Source: Octopus vulgaris
Taxonomy: Eukaryota
Reading direction: 5' to 3'
Assembly: GCA_951406725.2 (NCBI GenBank)
Contig: OX597815.1
Location: 178,002,001 to 178,066,000 of the forward strand
Length of the DNA stretch: 64,000 nucleotides
Below are positions 46,293-58,054 of the stretch, in pieces. Made by a program: the position numbers and the translations under genes. The notes beneath the pieces are model-generated. The model ran no database searches. It was not told the origin of the DNA and saw only the letters and a list, made by a program, of their open reading frames with translations. Within the stretch, counting starts at the first letter, position 1. The number at the start of each line of letters is the position of its first letter.

Positions 46293-49264
46293 TGATTGAT
46301 TGATTGATTGATTCCAGTTCCAGCCTATGAGCTGTGGCCATGCTGGGGCACCGCCATTTGGTGTTGCTACTTGGTTTTACTTCATGGGGGCTTTCTAGCA
46401 ACTGCTATTTGGTGCATGAGAGAGTTCGATGCAGCTGCCCTCATCTGCCCCTCCTGCCGTGAAGTTGGTTCATCTGGGACACCAGACAGGAAGAGATCCA
46501 GCTTCATTTTAAAGACATCTGTATCCACCCCATGCAGGTCTCTCAGGTTCTTCGGGAGGATATTGAAGAGCTGTGGGCCTCGGAAGCCCAGGCTATCACA
46601 GAATCTTGTCCTACATCTTGATGGCAGGTTTGGAGTCCTAGGCACCACGCAGTGGCGCCCAGTTCTGGCATTTGTGTAACTCTCGATGCCAAAGTTCAGG
46701 ACACTTCCCTCCAGGATCTTCCAGATGTATATTATGGCATATCTTTCCCGCCTACGCTCCAGGGAGTATAATTTTAATCTCTTGAGTCTTTCCCAGTAGC
46801 TTACATTCTGCATAGAGGCTATCTTCTTTGTGTAGCTTCGTTGGATCGCCTCAAGTTCTGTGATCAACTTGACACTGGATGGTGACCATAGCTGAGAGCA
46901 ATAGTCAAAGTGGCTTAGGACAAGTGTCTTCCAGAGGACCATCATGGTTTCTTGTTCTCTTGTTCTAAAGGTTCTAAGAATCCAGCCAGCCAGCCGTCTA
47001 CATTTCACTGTCAGTTTAGCAACATGTACATGAAAGGTCGCGTCATCACTCATGTGAATACCCAGGTCACGCACTGATTGTGCCTCTGGGATTGCAATCC
47101 CTCCGGGTCCAGTGTATTCATTGGGTATTGCATTCAGTTTTGCATGCTGATAGTATAAAGCTTGAAACTTTCCAGCATTGAACTGCATGCTATTCTTTTC
47201 AGCCCACTTGTATATTTCGTCCAGCTCACATTGCAGGTTTTTAGTGTCCTCAGGGTTCTGTATTGCCTGTGAAACTTTTGTATCATCTGCATAACTTGTG
47301 ATCGTGGATCTCTGCGTGGCTGAGGGCATGTCTGAGAGGGCCATTATGAACAGTAGTGGTCCCAAAACAGTGCCCTGTGGAACACCACTCATTATTTGCG
47401 TGTTAATGGAAGTGGCCCCATTGGCTACTACCACCTGACTTCTATTCTTCAGAAAGTCGTGAAGCCATTCTCCTAGTTTTCCAACTATGCCAAGATCACG
47501 CAACCTGTGACATATCATTCCGTGATCGACTTTATCGAAGGCCTTTGCGAAGTCGAGATATATGACTTCCACATTTGAGTGGTTGAGCAGTTGTTTCAGC
47601 ACCCAGTCATAGTGCTGCAGGAGCTGAGTTAAGCAGCTTCTTCCTGGTCGGAAACCATGTTGGGTGTCAGGCAGCAAGTCATTTTCTTCAAGGAAGGTGA
47701 TTAGTTTCCTTCTGACTATTCGTTCCATGACCTTGCTGATGTGTGAGGTCAGAGAGATAGGTCTGTAGTTCTTTGCCTCCGCTCTGCTACCTCCTTTATG
47801 AATAGGGCATATTTTACCTTCCTTCAGTCCCCTTGGAAGTTTGCCAGCTGCAAGGAAGCTCTGAAAGAGGGACTGCAGTGGTCTTGCTAAGACTCTCTTA
47901 CATACTTTTAGGAGGATTGCCGGGAATCCATCGGGGCCAGTAGCTGAGTCTATTTTCATTTCATCTATAGCCTTTATTACATCGTCTTCCTTTATCTCGA
48001 TGTAACTTATCGTCGCCGCCTCTGATTCTATATCTGCAGTGGTAAAGAAGTCAGTTGGATTGCTGATTTGGAAATGCCCAAGGGGTGGAGTGAAAACACT
48101 CTTGAATTGTTCATTCAGTATTTCACTTACCCTCATTGGTTTTCCTGTGAGTGTGCCATCCTTTTCAAGGAGTGGCCCTATCCTACAGTGCACTGTAGCC
48201 GTTTCTTTGGCATACCTGTAGAAAGCTCTGGGGTTAGTTTTTATGTTGTCTATAGCCCAGGCTTCTTTGTCTGCTCTTTCCTTCTCATGGGAAAGTTGCA
48301 GACAATTTTCAATTTCCAACAGTTTTATTTTCAGGCGGGACTTTTCACTACTTTCAATTTGTTTGTTTAGGCGATTTGAAATTTTTGTACGCCGTCTCAT
48401 TAAAATTTTCCTCTCTCTGGGGATTTTGTTCTTGTGTACAGTGGCCTTTCTCTCTGGGACACATTTGTAGCATATGGCTTGCATTACAGACATGAATTGT
48501 TGAAGTATCATGTCGATGTCCGGCGAGGAGAGACATTCAGGCCAGTTTTGTTTGAGGATCTCTTTCTCAATTTGTTTCCAGTTTGCCTTATTGAAGTTCA
48601 AGCTGGAAAGATTCTGAGGGTTTCTTGTAGGCTGCATGTCCGTGCTCTCTTTTGGCCCGTACATGGTCAGCTCTACCATGTTGTGATCCGAGAGTAGTGT
48701 CGGTGTCACTTTCACATTATGGATGAGATCCATATTATTTGTGAAGCAGAGATCCAGTGTGTTACCTGCTCTGGTTGGTTGCAGTACTACTTGCTCCATG
48801 TACAGGGTGTTGGTGAGGTTCAGGAGGGACCTCGCCTGTCCACGTTCACATCTTGTCATTCCTGGGAGAGAAAGGCCCTCGGGCCATCTGACATTCGGTA
48901 GATTGAAGTCTCCCATGAGAAGTACACTTATGTGTTGGTCTAATGTGGTTAGAACTTCTTCTATTTTTAAAAGGCAGTCCTCGAACTTGCCCATATGACT
49001 TGGGGCATCTGGAGGGCGATATGTAGCACACACAACTACATCAAGTTGCCTTATGTGTACAATTAGTGTGTCACACACCGAGTTTGAGTATGACAAAAGG
49101 ACCTGGGGTGTGAGGTCCCCACGGATGTACATAGCAACTCCTCCATGACTCCTTTCTTTCCTGTCGGTCCGTAGTACAACATACTGTGGTATGTGTAATT
49201 CCGCATCTGCTATGTCCGGTTTCAGATGCGTTTCTGTGAGTGCTATGCATAAGGCTTGATTGCA
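46293..49264 (-). mobile_element. 5'-truncated CR1/L2-group LINE inserted in (TA)n
   Basis: ORF2, a ~70-nt 3' UTR with a stem-loop and an (AATC)n tail. (TA)n lies on both sides. Confidence 0.93.
46382..49264 (-). CDS. LINE ORF2: APE endonuclease plus reverse transcriptase (N-terminally truncated)
   Basis: About 960 uninterrupted codons. EN motifs: IALTETHL, GGVAMY, YRPP, GDFNLP, LDLCFTN, SDH. RT motifs: NYRPISLTS, QHGFRPGRSC, YLDFAKAFDKV, SGVPQGTVLGPLLF, YADDTK. The ORF-finder start at 49294 lies in flanking sequence. Confidence 0.93.
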   Translation of the reverse strand, partial: CNQALCIALTETHLKPDIADAELHIPQYVVLRTDRKERSHGGVAMYIRGDLTPQVLLSYSNSVCDTLIVHIRQLDVVVCATYRPPDAPSHMGKFEDCLLKIEEVLTTLDQHISVLLMGDFNLPNVRWPEGLSLPGMTRCERGQARSLLNLTNTLYMEQVVLQPTRAGNTLDLCFTNNMDLIHNVKVTPTLLSDHNMVELTMYGPKESTDMQPTRNPQNLSSLNFNKANWKQIEKEILKQNWPECLSSPDIDMILQQFMSVMQAICYKCVPERKATVHKNKIPRERKILMRRRTKISNRLNKQIESSEKSRLKIKLLEIENCLQLSHEKERADKEAWAIDNIKTNPRAFYRYAKETATVHCRIGPLLEKDGTLTGKPMRVSEILNEQFKSVFTPPLGHFQISNPTDFFTTADIESEAATISYIEIKEDDVIKAIDEMKIDSATGPDGFPAILLKVCKRVLARPLQSLFQSFLAAGKLPRGLKEGKICPIHKGGSRAEAKNYRPISLTSHISKVMERIVRRKLITFLEENDLLPDTQHGFRPGRSCLTQLLQHYDWVLKQLLNHSNVEVIYLDFAKAFDKVDHGMICHRLRDLGIVGKLGEWLHDFLKNRSQVVVANGATSINTQIMSGVPQGTVLGPLLFIMALSDMPSATQRSTITSYADDTKVSQAIQNPEDTKNLQCELDEIYKWAEKNSMQFNAGKFQALYYQHAKLNAIPNEYTGPGGIAIPEAQSVRDLGIHMSDDATFHVHVAKLTVKCRRLAGWILRTFRTREQETMMVLWKTLVLSHFDYCSQLWSPSSVKLITELEAIQRSYTKKIASMQNVSYWERLKRLKLYSLERRRERYAIIYIWKILEGSVLNFGIESYTNARTGRHCVVPRTPNLPSRCRTRFCDSLGFRGPQLFNILPKNLRDLHGVDTDVFKMKLDLFLSGVPDEPTSRQEGQMRAAASNSLMHQIAVARKPP

Positions 49265-49414
49265 TATATATATATATATATTTGAAAGCCCCACTAGATT
49301 GGGAGAAAGCGCTAATCCGAATGATATGATCTGAATGATATGATATATATGTAAAAAATGTAATATATAAATAAATATCTACAAATATGAACCATCTGAT
49401 CTGATTACCTCATT

Positions 49415-49467
<53 letters not shown>

Positions 49468-49479
49468 CTATATATGATT

Positions 49480-49640
49480 GAAATTTACAGAAAAACAAAA
49501 GACGAAGACAGGTGTATAAACAACAAACAGATGCATTCGTTTAACGCTCGGGGAGGTGAGAAAGTCTTTTATGTTTCGAGCCTACGCTCTTCAACAAGAA
49601 GGAATACGAGGAAATAGATAGGGAGGGAAGAAAACCATTG
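49480..49640 (-). mobile_element. PLE-type terminal repeat with degenerate hammerhead-like motif
   Basis: Minus strand 49602-49566: CUUC-UUGUUGA-A-GAGC-GUAG-GCUC-GAAA-CA-UA-AAAG. Helix II and GAAA are intact but the core has diverged. Abuts (TA)n. Confidence 0.5.
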
Positions 49641-49772
49641 TGGATATATATTGTTATTTATATATTTACATATCTGTGTGTGTGTGTGTGTATTGCTGAT
49701 CTGCCAAGTTACGGAAAGGTAAACACGCCCTCACCACTTGTCAAGTGGTGGGGATAAACACGCACACAGACA

Positions 49773-49843
<71 letters not shown>

Positions 49844-50090
49844 AAATACTTTTTTTTATTAAAGCCAAAACAATCTCCACTAAGTAATACAAACACAGAC
49901 ATTTATGTATGCACACGCAAACTTATATAAACATAGTCAACACTCTGTATTTAGTTAAGAATTTCACGAACATGATTTCATATCTCCAGGATTCCGTATT
50001 CAAATACGCTCCTGGAATCTCGGCAGTTGCCATAGATTGTGGGTGAAATGTGTTAAGATGTGTTATATCTCCGTCGGATATAACACACAC

Positions 50091-50131
<41 letters not shown>

Positions 50132-50207
50132 ACTATCTATCTATCTATCTATCTATCTATCTGTCTGTCTGTCTGTCTGTCTGTCTATTTATCTATCTAT
50201 CTGTCTA

Positions 50208-50239
<32 letters not shown>

Positions 50240-50483
50240 TCTACCTGTTGGTCTCTCAGCACGCCTTATATTTCCCAGCAAGGTATGGAAACAATTGTTT
50301 GCGGTTTATTGTACTGCCTACAAATAGATTTACTAAAAGCTTTCGACCTATGATGATATTTGATACACCAGCAATTTATATAAAACAGGTCACTAGAAGA
50401 TGTTTTATATATATATATGTATATATGTGTGTGTGTATGTATGTATGTATGTATGTATGTATGTATGTATGTATGTATGTATG

Positions 50484-50520
<37 letters not shown>

Positions 50521-50733
50521 AATGGAAAATGTCGTTATCGTGATGAACATAATTACAACTTAATTGACAGTGCAAGTTCAAATGTATCCGATAGCAAACA
50601 GGGAAATCTCGTCGCGTGCAGCTGATTTAATTAATTTATAATTAATGACTAACACCTGTATGTATATATGTGTGATTAGGTATGTGTGAATATGTGTCTG
50701 TATGTGCGTTTAGTAAGTAGATAGGAATGCATG

Positions 50734-50815
<82 letters not shown>

Positions 50816-50829
50816 CATATATATATATA

Positions 50830-50877
<48 letters not shown>

Positions 50878-50887
50878 TATATAGATG

Positions 50888-50920
<33 letters not shown>

Positions 50921-51064
50921 CTGTGTCTGTCTCTGTGTGTGTGTCTGTGTCTGTGTCTGTGTGTCTGTGTGTGTGTGAGTGTGTGTGTGTCTACTTTTCT
51001 GTATGAATTTCTGTATAAATGTGGACAGCAGAACTGTCATACTTGTATAGAAATACCTTGTCGT

Positions 51065-51275
51065 ATTTTGGCACAAGACCAGTAATTTTTGTGGGGGATT
51101 CTAAGTCGATTACATCGACCCCCAGTGCTCAACTGGTACTTATTCTATAGACACTAGAGAGAGATGAAACGAAACGTCGACCCCGATGGAAAATTTCAAC
51201 TCAGAACGCAAAGACGGACGCGATGCCGCTAAGAATTATGCCCGGCGTGGAAGACGTTTCTGCCAGTTCGCCGCC
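51065..51275 (-). mobile_element. SINE-like family C
   Basis: TTTTGGCACAAG...GATTACATCGACCCCCAGTGCTCAACTGGTACTTATT...TTCTGCCAGTTCGCCGCC. Confidence 0.85.
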
Positions 51276-51364
51276 TTCGATAACAACAACAACAGCAACA
51301 ATGATAATAATAATAATAATAATTATTATTATTATTCTTATTATTATTCTTATTATTATTATTA

Positions 51365-51703
51365 TTGTGGGGAGCATAATAGCCGTGTGTTGAGAGGGAT
51401 TCTTAGGGGTTTGAATAATTCACCTCTGGAAACATGGGTGTTTCGTTCAACATCCTTAAACAACCTTTATTCAGGGACCTTTCGAGTGGGATGGGTTACT
51501 CGACCTGAAGAAAATTCTAACTGGGCCCCACCTGCAAGGTCATGTGCTGTTTATCTTGATATGAGATCACCATGTCGCGCACATATGGTTGTGATGCATG
51601 TGTCTAGTGTACCCTTATCAGACGGGTAGTCATGATGGGTATACTGGGCTTCGTATATTTTACCCCAGTGTCACTTTGATGGCATGCACTGCTCTCTCAC
51701 TCA

Positions 51704-51754
<51 letters not shown>

Positions 51755-51760
51755 TGATAA
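51365..51760 (+). mobile_element. unclassified retroposon 3' fragment with (AAT)n tail
   Basis: 340-bp unique-looking GC-balanced segment ending CTCTCTCACTCAAT-(AAT)n and preceded by (TAT)n. No protein motif recognised. Confidence 0.45.
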
Positions 51761-51764
51761 TAAT

Positions 51765-51995
51765 AATCCTTTCTAATGCAGGCAAATAACCAAATAACCT
51801 GAAATTTGAGGGAAGAGATTAGTCGTATACCTCGATCCCAGTGTTCACTTGGTAATGATTTTATCGATTCTGAAAGGCTGAAAAGCAAAGTCAGCCTTCG
51901 CGGAATTTTTGAACTCAGGACATAAAGATGGACGAAATGCCGCTAAGCATTTAGTCCGGCAGGCAAATGATTGTACCAGTTCACAGTGTTCGCCT
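51765..51995 (-). mobile_element. SINE-like family C
   Basis: CCCAGTGTTCACTTGGTA...TTATCGA...GCAAAGTC...CGGAATTTTTGAACTCAG...GAAATGCCGCTAAGCATTT. Confidence 0.8.
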
Positions 51996-52659
51996 TAGTA
52001 ATACTAATAATTATAAATAACATAAAGCACGCAAAGTAAAATACTTCTATAGATGTCTATTCATCAGCTTCCAACAAAGTTTCACTTATAAGAATATAAT
52101 TGTGGGAGAAGACTTTTAGACTTAGCGCCAAACAGTGGCATGGAAACCGGAACGACGTAACTGTAGCGAGAACTTGTTTCCCATTCAATAATCTAGAGTA
52201 TGTGAAGTGCAAATCAACACATTTTTCTGCATTGCTAAATGACCAATGTCAATATACATATTACCGTCAGCTTGTGATAAGAGAAGATAAGATTTTATCC
52301 ATATTGCATCCTATATTTCCCTCACAATACCGCCATTTCTTGCAATACATTCATTTCTTTTCTTCTCCTTATTGTTTTTACTCGTTGTTTCATGGCTCCA
52401 GGTATGAAAATATCTTTCAGATTACACGTCATGCCGATCTAAGTGGATATCAAATACCTGCAGAATAGAAGTGACATCCCTAAATACTAGCCACAGCATT
52501 TGCATATCGCTTCATTAAAAAAAAAATTCTTATCTATATGAATTTTAAAAATTTAACTCCAGACAAAGAAACGAAATGCATTCTAATCACAAAATAATGC
52601 TGAATTTTGAAAACGTTAATATAGTTTTATTTTTCTTAACATATCATTAGTTCAAATGT

Positions 52660-52708
<49 letters not shown>

Positions 52709-52714
52709 TGTATA

Positions 52715-52762
<48 letters not shown>

Positions 52763-53614
52763 GACGTGTATATAATGAAATTAGGTATTTCAAATCATTG
52801 TCACATTCAACATGTCAGGAATTAAATTTGATATTCATCCCCCAGTCCATGCTATTCTATACTTTATCTGATGAATCTTCCGATGTAATAAATCATTTAA
52901 ATTGAAACCAGGAGCGACATAACAAATTAAAATTACAAAGTCAATGATAAAATATGTAGAAATGTGTTGATGAAACGCAAAAAGAAAAAAAAGGGAAAAA
53001 CGAAAACTGAAAAATCCCAAACAGAGAAAATTATCCTTAAAACAATGTATTATCGAAAAAAGCATATTATAATGCCTGCATAACGTGCAAGATCTAAATA
53101 AAAATCTGAGAAGAAAAAATATCACAATTTGACATTCAGCTAAACAATCATGTATGCTGAAATATTAACTCAATCAAAGTAAATTACAATGAACTATTTG
53201 CATGTCAAAATTTGATACTTAAACTCGAAGGAGGTTTCTTGAGATATATTACTGTTGTTAACATTATTATCACGATGATGATGATGATATTAATAATAAT
53301 AATTATTACTGTTATAAACATTAATATTAGTAATAATTTCACTGCTTGTCTCTCAATTTGTCATCTAAGCACCATTTATAACTGCCTGAATAAGAAGAAA
53401 AAATACTAAACAAACACAAAAGAAAAGAAAGCATATAACTGTGGGAGGGGAGATGTGATGTATAGTATTAGCATTTTTGAATTTGAGCGTGAGTTAAGTT
53501 AATTAGTGGAGAAGCTTTTGAAGGAAACCGATACGCGTGTCGCTTGGTTGGAGCAGCGTCCGAAGCAAAACTGTCAGCTCTTCTTTCCGAGACGATAGTT
53601 CGCATTCAGGTAAT

Positions 53615-54010
53615 AATGGTTTCCAAATTTGGCACAAAGCCAGCAATTTTAAGGAAGCGGGTAAGTCGGTTACATCGACTCTCCAGGGTTCGATTGATGC
53701 TTACTGTAACCACGTCGGAAGGATGATTGGCAAAGGTAACCTTCGGGGAAATTGTGAACCCAAGACGTAAGGAGCTGGATAGGAACTCGCAGATTTTCAA
53801 TTTTCACATTCGAGGAATACTGTCTTTTCAATGTCTGACACAAGGCCAGCACTTTCAGAGCTGGGGTAGGTCGACTATATCGACCTTAATGATGGAATGG
53901 TAATTATTTTATCAACTCCGAAAAGATGAAAGGCAATGTACATAAAGAGAGACGAAATACCGTAAAGCATTTTGCATGGCACGCTAACGATTCCGCTCGG
54001 TCGACGTCTT
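53615..54010 (-). mobile_element. two tandem SINE-like family C copies
   Basis: GGCACAAAGCCAGC...TTACATCGAC at 53630 and ACACAAGGCCAGC...TATATCGACC...GATGAAAGGCAA at 53838. Confidence 0.75.
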
Positions 54011-54794
54011 GCATTCAAGCAATAATATCATCCGTTTTTAACCAAGCCTCGAAACTGGTTACTAAATGAATCTAGAGTATAATGATTATAGCAATCTGGA
54101 CAATCTAATATATTTAATTAAAGGTATATCTATTTTCTAGTGAAAAGGGGGATTCGATAACGCCTGGCTTACAATAATCACATTACCATATCACTCTTTC
54201 GGAGTATAGAAAAAGTCGTATTGCGGAAAGAGCATATAAAATCATGAAATGCATTACTCACAGCACATCGGTGATAAGACGTTGAGAAGCCATTGTCCAT
54301 ATTCGTTTACTACGAAGTAGAACAGTGAACGCAGGGAGAGATACGCAGAAAGTCTAACTTGAATATACCTCAGTTTTTCTTTTTCCCCATTCTACCTTTT
54401 TGCCTCTTCTCTTTTTGTGCATGTAATTTAATTTAATTCCTTCTTCAAATTAATTGTTTTTCTTCTCAATTAATATCTACCTTTGTTATACTCTTAGTTT
54501 AAAAAATCAAAAAGACAGAAACCGGTACCAACCGTCAAAAAAATGTATTTCATGATAAAATTAATTTAGCATTTTCTACCTTGTTTTATTTTCTTTATAA
54601 CAGTTTTGAAGGAATTATTTTCCTTAGTTTGTTAATTTATATACTTATATTACTGGGGTAATATTCCTACACCCCTTTGAAGGAATTATTTTCCCTAGTT
54701 TGTTAATTTATGTGTGTGTGTGTGTGTATGTGCATTTGTGTGTGATTGTTTGCAGGCCTCATTAATGAATTCGCTCTGGTTGGATATCTCTTAT

Positions 54795-55245
54795 CTCAGT
54801 TGCTTCAGTTTTTGGACTGCAGCCATGGTGGGGTGCCGCCTTCAAGTGCTTAGTGGCACAAATCAACCCCAGTACATATCTTTTTTGAAAATGTACTTTT
54901 TTCTACCGATCCTTTGCCTAACCAATATATTACGGGGACGTAAGCAAGCGATCACCGGTTGGAAAGTGATTGTAGTGAGACAAAAACACACAATCACCAC
55001 TAATATATACATAGGTGCAGACGTGGTTGCGTGGGAAGTAGTTTTGCTTCCCAACCACATGGTTTCACGTTCATTCCCAATGCGTCGCACCTTGAACAAG
55101 TTAATCCTACTCTGACCTCCATCCGACCAAATCCTTGTGAATAGATCATCGTATATACGAGTATATATGTTGAAGGGTTGTGTCTGTTTTTAGTCCCCCA
55201 CCAACGCTTGATCAACCGTTGTTGGTTTACTTACGTCCCCGTAAG
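54795..55245. mobile_element. two decayed SINE family B copies in opposite orientation
   Basis: A minus-strand tail part (ACTGCAGCCATGGTGGGGTGCCGCC, 54816) and a plus-strand head (GGTGCAGACGTGGTTGCGTGG...CCCAACCACATGGTT, 55013). Confidence 0.7.
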
Positions 55246-55289
55246 ATTCCAAACATATTTGTATGTAAGTATATATATATATATATATA

Positions 55290-56260
55290 TTGGTAAAAAC
55301 GGTAAGATAACAAAAGAAAGAAAGAGACCTCAATATTATGTATATAGAGGAATTTATCTGTAAATGTAATATGTGACAATTATTCGGTAGCCAAGATAAG
55401 ACTCTGAGTTTCAGATGCCGAGGTGGAAATCCACACCACCATCTCTTCAGTTATCTGGCCATCGGAAAAACGCTATCAAAAAAGACCGTTATACAAAGGG
55501 AAATTACTGTGTTATTGACGCTATTTAGACAAAAGCGCTATGTTTACAGTTGGATAGATAGACAAATATAACAAAATAATTAGACAATAAATGTGAATTT
55601 TTAATTATTTTCTGAGATTTTACAAAAACAACAAAGATATTAAAAATATTTTTAAAATTTTAAATCCATACTCAACGAACTTTACTTGCAAGCATTGCTA
55701 TAAACAACGGACGTGAACGAGAACGTTATACCTTAACGTGCCTACTCGACAGAACTGAAGATCAATGCGTACCAATCAGCTCTACTCTGACTATTTTAAC
55801 TCCATTACCAAACCAACACTCCAAATACTTTTTCATAAAATCTCCTCTGTATGCACGAATGTATACTAAAATATTGACTATATTGTTTTATTATTTAAAA
55901 AATCATATTTCCTTATTAATTCTTATTAGGAGACGTTCAGAATCTCATTTTCATCACAACTGAATGTCAGTGCCTAGAGTCCGTGCATTCAACAATCATT
56001 TACAAAAGAACTTCGGAATGATTATAAAATTGATAACATCATTAACGCTACATTCAAAGCCCATGGCGGTACGTTTCAGTAGTTTTTCATATATATATTT
56101 TTCACTTGAACCAGAATGTATAACTTAGATTTCTTCGTTGCTATTAGTAAAGCTTCCCATTTTCTCATTTTTATGGCATTCTATACAAAACTTTATTGCT
56201 AACAATTAATGTCCTTTCGTTTAGTTTATTTTGTGTCCTGCATTATAATGAGATGGAATT
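55290..56260 (-). mobile_element. 3' end of a Penelope-like element (GIY-YIG tail, 3' UTR, hammerhead)
   Basis: Minus-strand NAIKMRKWEALLIATKKSKLYILVQ at about 56180-56105 resembles LxIxEALLIxxxKPxLNxQ. The hammerhead lies ~650 nt downstream on the same strand, and the element ends at (TA)n. Confidence 0.6.
55395..55455 (-). ncRNA. type I hammerhead ribozyme motif
   Basis: Minus strand: GAUAA-CUGAAGA-GAUG-[GUGGUGUGGAUUUCCACCUCGG]-CAUC-U-GAAA-CUCAGAG-UC-UUAUC. Helix I can extend (GCCA/UGGC) and the triplet is GUC. Confidence 0.75.
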
Positions 56261-56264
56261 TCTG

Positions 56265-56572
56265 GCCCGACGACGAAGGGTTCAAGTTGGTCTAATCAAT
56301 GGGACAGCTTCTTCGTGGGATTAACGAGTAAGTGGCTGAGCATTCCACAGACACTTGTACATTTCATTTAACGTAGTTTTCAGGGAGATCCAGCGAGAAT
56401 ATGACAAGGCTGGCCCTTTGAAATGCAAGTACAGCTATTTTTTTCTTTTCCTGAGTGGACTGGAGCAACCCGAAATAAAGTGTCTTGCTCAAGGACACAA
56501 CACGCAGCCAGGAATCGAACTCACGATCCAACAATCGTGAGCCGAAAGCCCTAACCACTAACACACGTACCT
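56265..56572 (-). mobile_element. tRNA-derived SINE (head D, tail X)
   Basis: The head matches 45927 (AAATAAAGTGTCTTGCTCAAGGACACAAC on the plus strand). The tail matches 18744 (GACGACGA..GGTTC...AAGTGGCTGAGCA...GACAAGGC.GGCCCTTTGAAAT). Confidence 0.85.
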
Positions 56573-56839
56573 TCCTTCACATACGTAAGTATACACACAC
56601 ACACATGTAAGCACGAACACTCTACTTCTGCTTGTGATCAGAGATGCAAATATTGGCATGTTCAACCGGTTATGGTCAAGCATCTGACAAGCAAGTCAGT
56701 CGTATTGAGCAGAATATTTGCTGAAGCCCATCTTTTATACGAAGACAAAACAATGTACATGATAACACTTCCAATCAGTTGAAAACCCATGACATCCATT
56801 TATTATCTTCATCATCATTATTATTATTATTATTATTAT

Positions 56840-57050
56840 AGATACGTGTACCCTTAACTTAGTTCTCAGAGAGATTCAGCATGAAACACATAACGCTACA
56901 AAACTGGGCCTTTTAAATGCAGGTACAGCTTATTTTTCCAGTTGTGTGGACTGCAGCAACGTGAAATAAAAGTGCCTTACGAAAGGACAAGCTGCGCCGT
57001 CGGGAATCGAACTCATGATCCAGTAGTATAACCACTAAGCTACGTGCCTA
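56840..57050 (-). mobile_element. decayed, tail-truncated SINE (head D, tail X)
   Basis: CCCTTAACTTAGTTCTCAG...GGACTGCAGCAACGTGAAATAAAAGTG...GGAATCGAACTCA...AACCACTAAGC. Confidence 0.75.
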
Positions 57051-58054
57051 AAGATTAAAATAGGATCAAAAGAAATAGGACCGCTCTAAGTTCGATGGAT
57101 TTAACTTTATTGAAATATTGCATTCATTAAGACAGAGTAGGCGAAGTAATTGGCTAATTGGAGGGAGTGACAGTTAAACCAGGAAGAAAAAAAGGTGACG
57201 ATGACATGTAGAAAAAGGGTAGTATGAAGCGACGGAGAAGTAAGGGTCGAATGGCGTATGGGAATGATTATAAAATACGTTTGTTTAATTAATTAAAATT
57301 AGAATTTTTAAATGTGAACAGAATCAAGTTATTTAGTTTATATTGAAATTGAAGATAACAAGAGATACAACAGTACCGTGGATTCCTACAGATTTATGGG
57401 CAAAGACTTAAAACATTAATTTCCAAACACACACGCACACATACACACACACACACATTCAGTGGGAAAGAGTGTGAACGGGAGATCGATTGAGTTTACA
57501 GACAGCAACAAATAATCCCAAATATCGGCGTATTCTGATATAGTTTCGCATCGTGTGCGTGTGTATGGAATACATTTCTGTAACTAAAACTGTTCACGTG
57601 GCGATATCGAGGGTCCGGCTCCTTGAATTTGATAATTTTATTGAAGTTTTTGAATGAAATACTTTTGCTGATATGTTTGTGGCAAGAACATGGTTTGGTG
57701 CATCGGATTTAAAATTTGGTCATCGGTTTGTCTTTAAGTTTCAAAACATGTTGTAAAAGATATGTGGCGTTTCTTTGCTGTGGATTGCTGAATTGATATA
57801 AATGTTCAGTGTATTTGATTTGAGAAGAACTGGTCAGTTAAGCCCAAACAAATTCCTTTGCTTTGACAGAGAATGCCAACCACTTTCCAAGACATTTACG
57901 CTTGTACCACACAAATCTGTATCAGTGCAGTTAAACTGAAGTTGGTACGTCCAATAAAGATAAACGTATTTGTCTTTGTTCACTTTTCCCGACGTCTCAC
58001 CAAACAATATTTTCCTGTTTCATCACATTTCTAATATTTTCCATATGCTATATC

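Noticed and set aside
48039-48998. Plus-strand ORFs overlapping the LINE
   Set aside because: Antisense shadows of the ORF2 reading frame.
52031-52075. Minus-strand AAG-CUGAUGA-AUAG/CUAU-A-GAAG...UA-CUU
   Set aside because: GAAG instead of GAAA, no helix III palindrome, and AT-rich stems compatible with chance.
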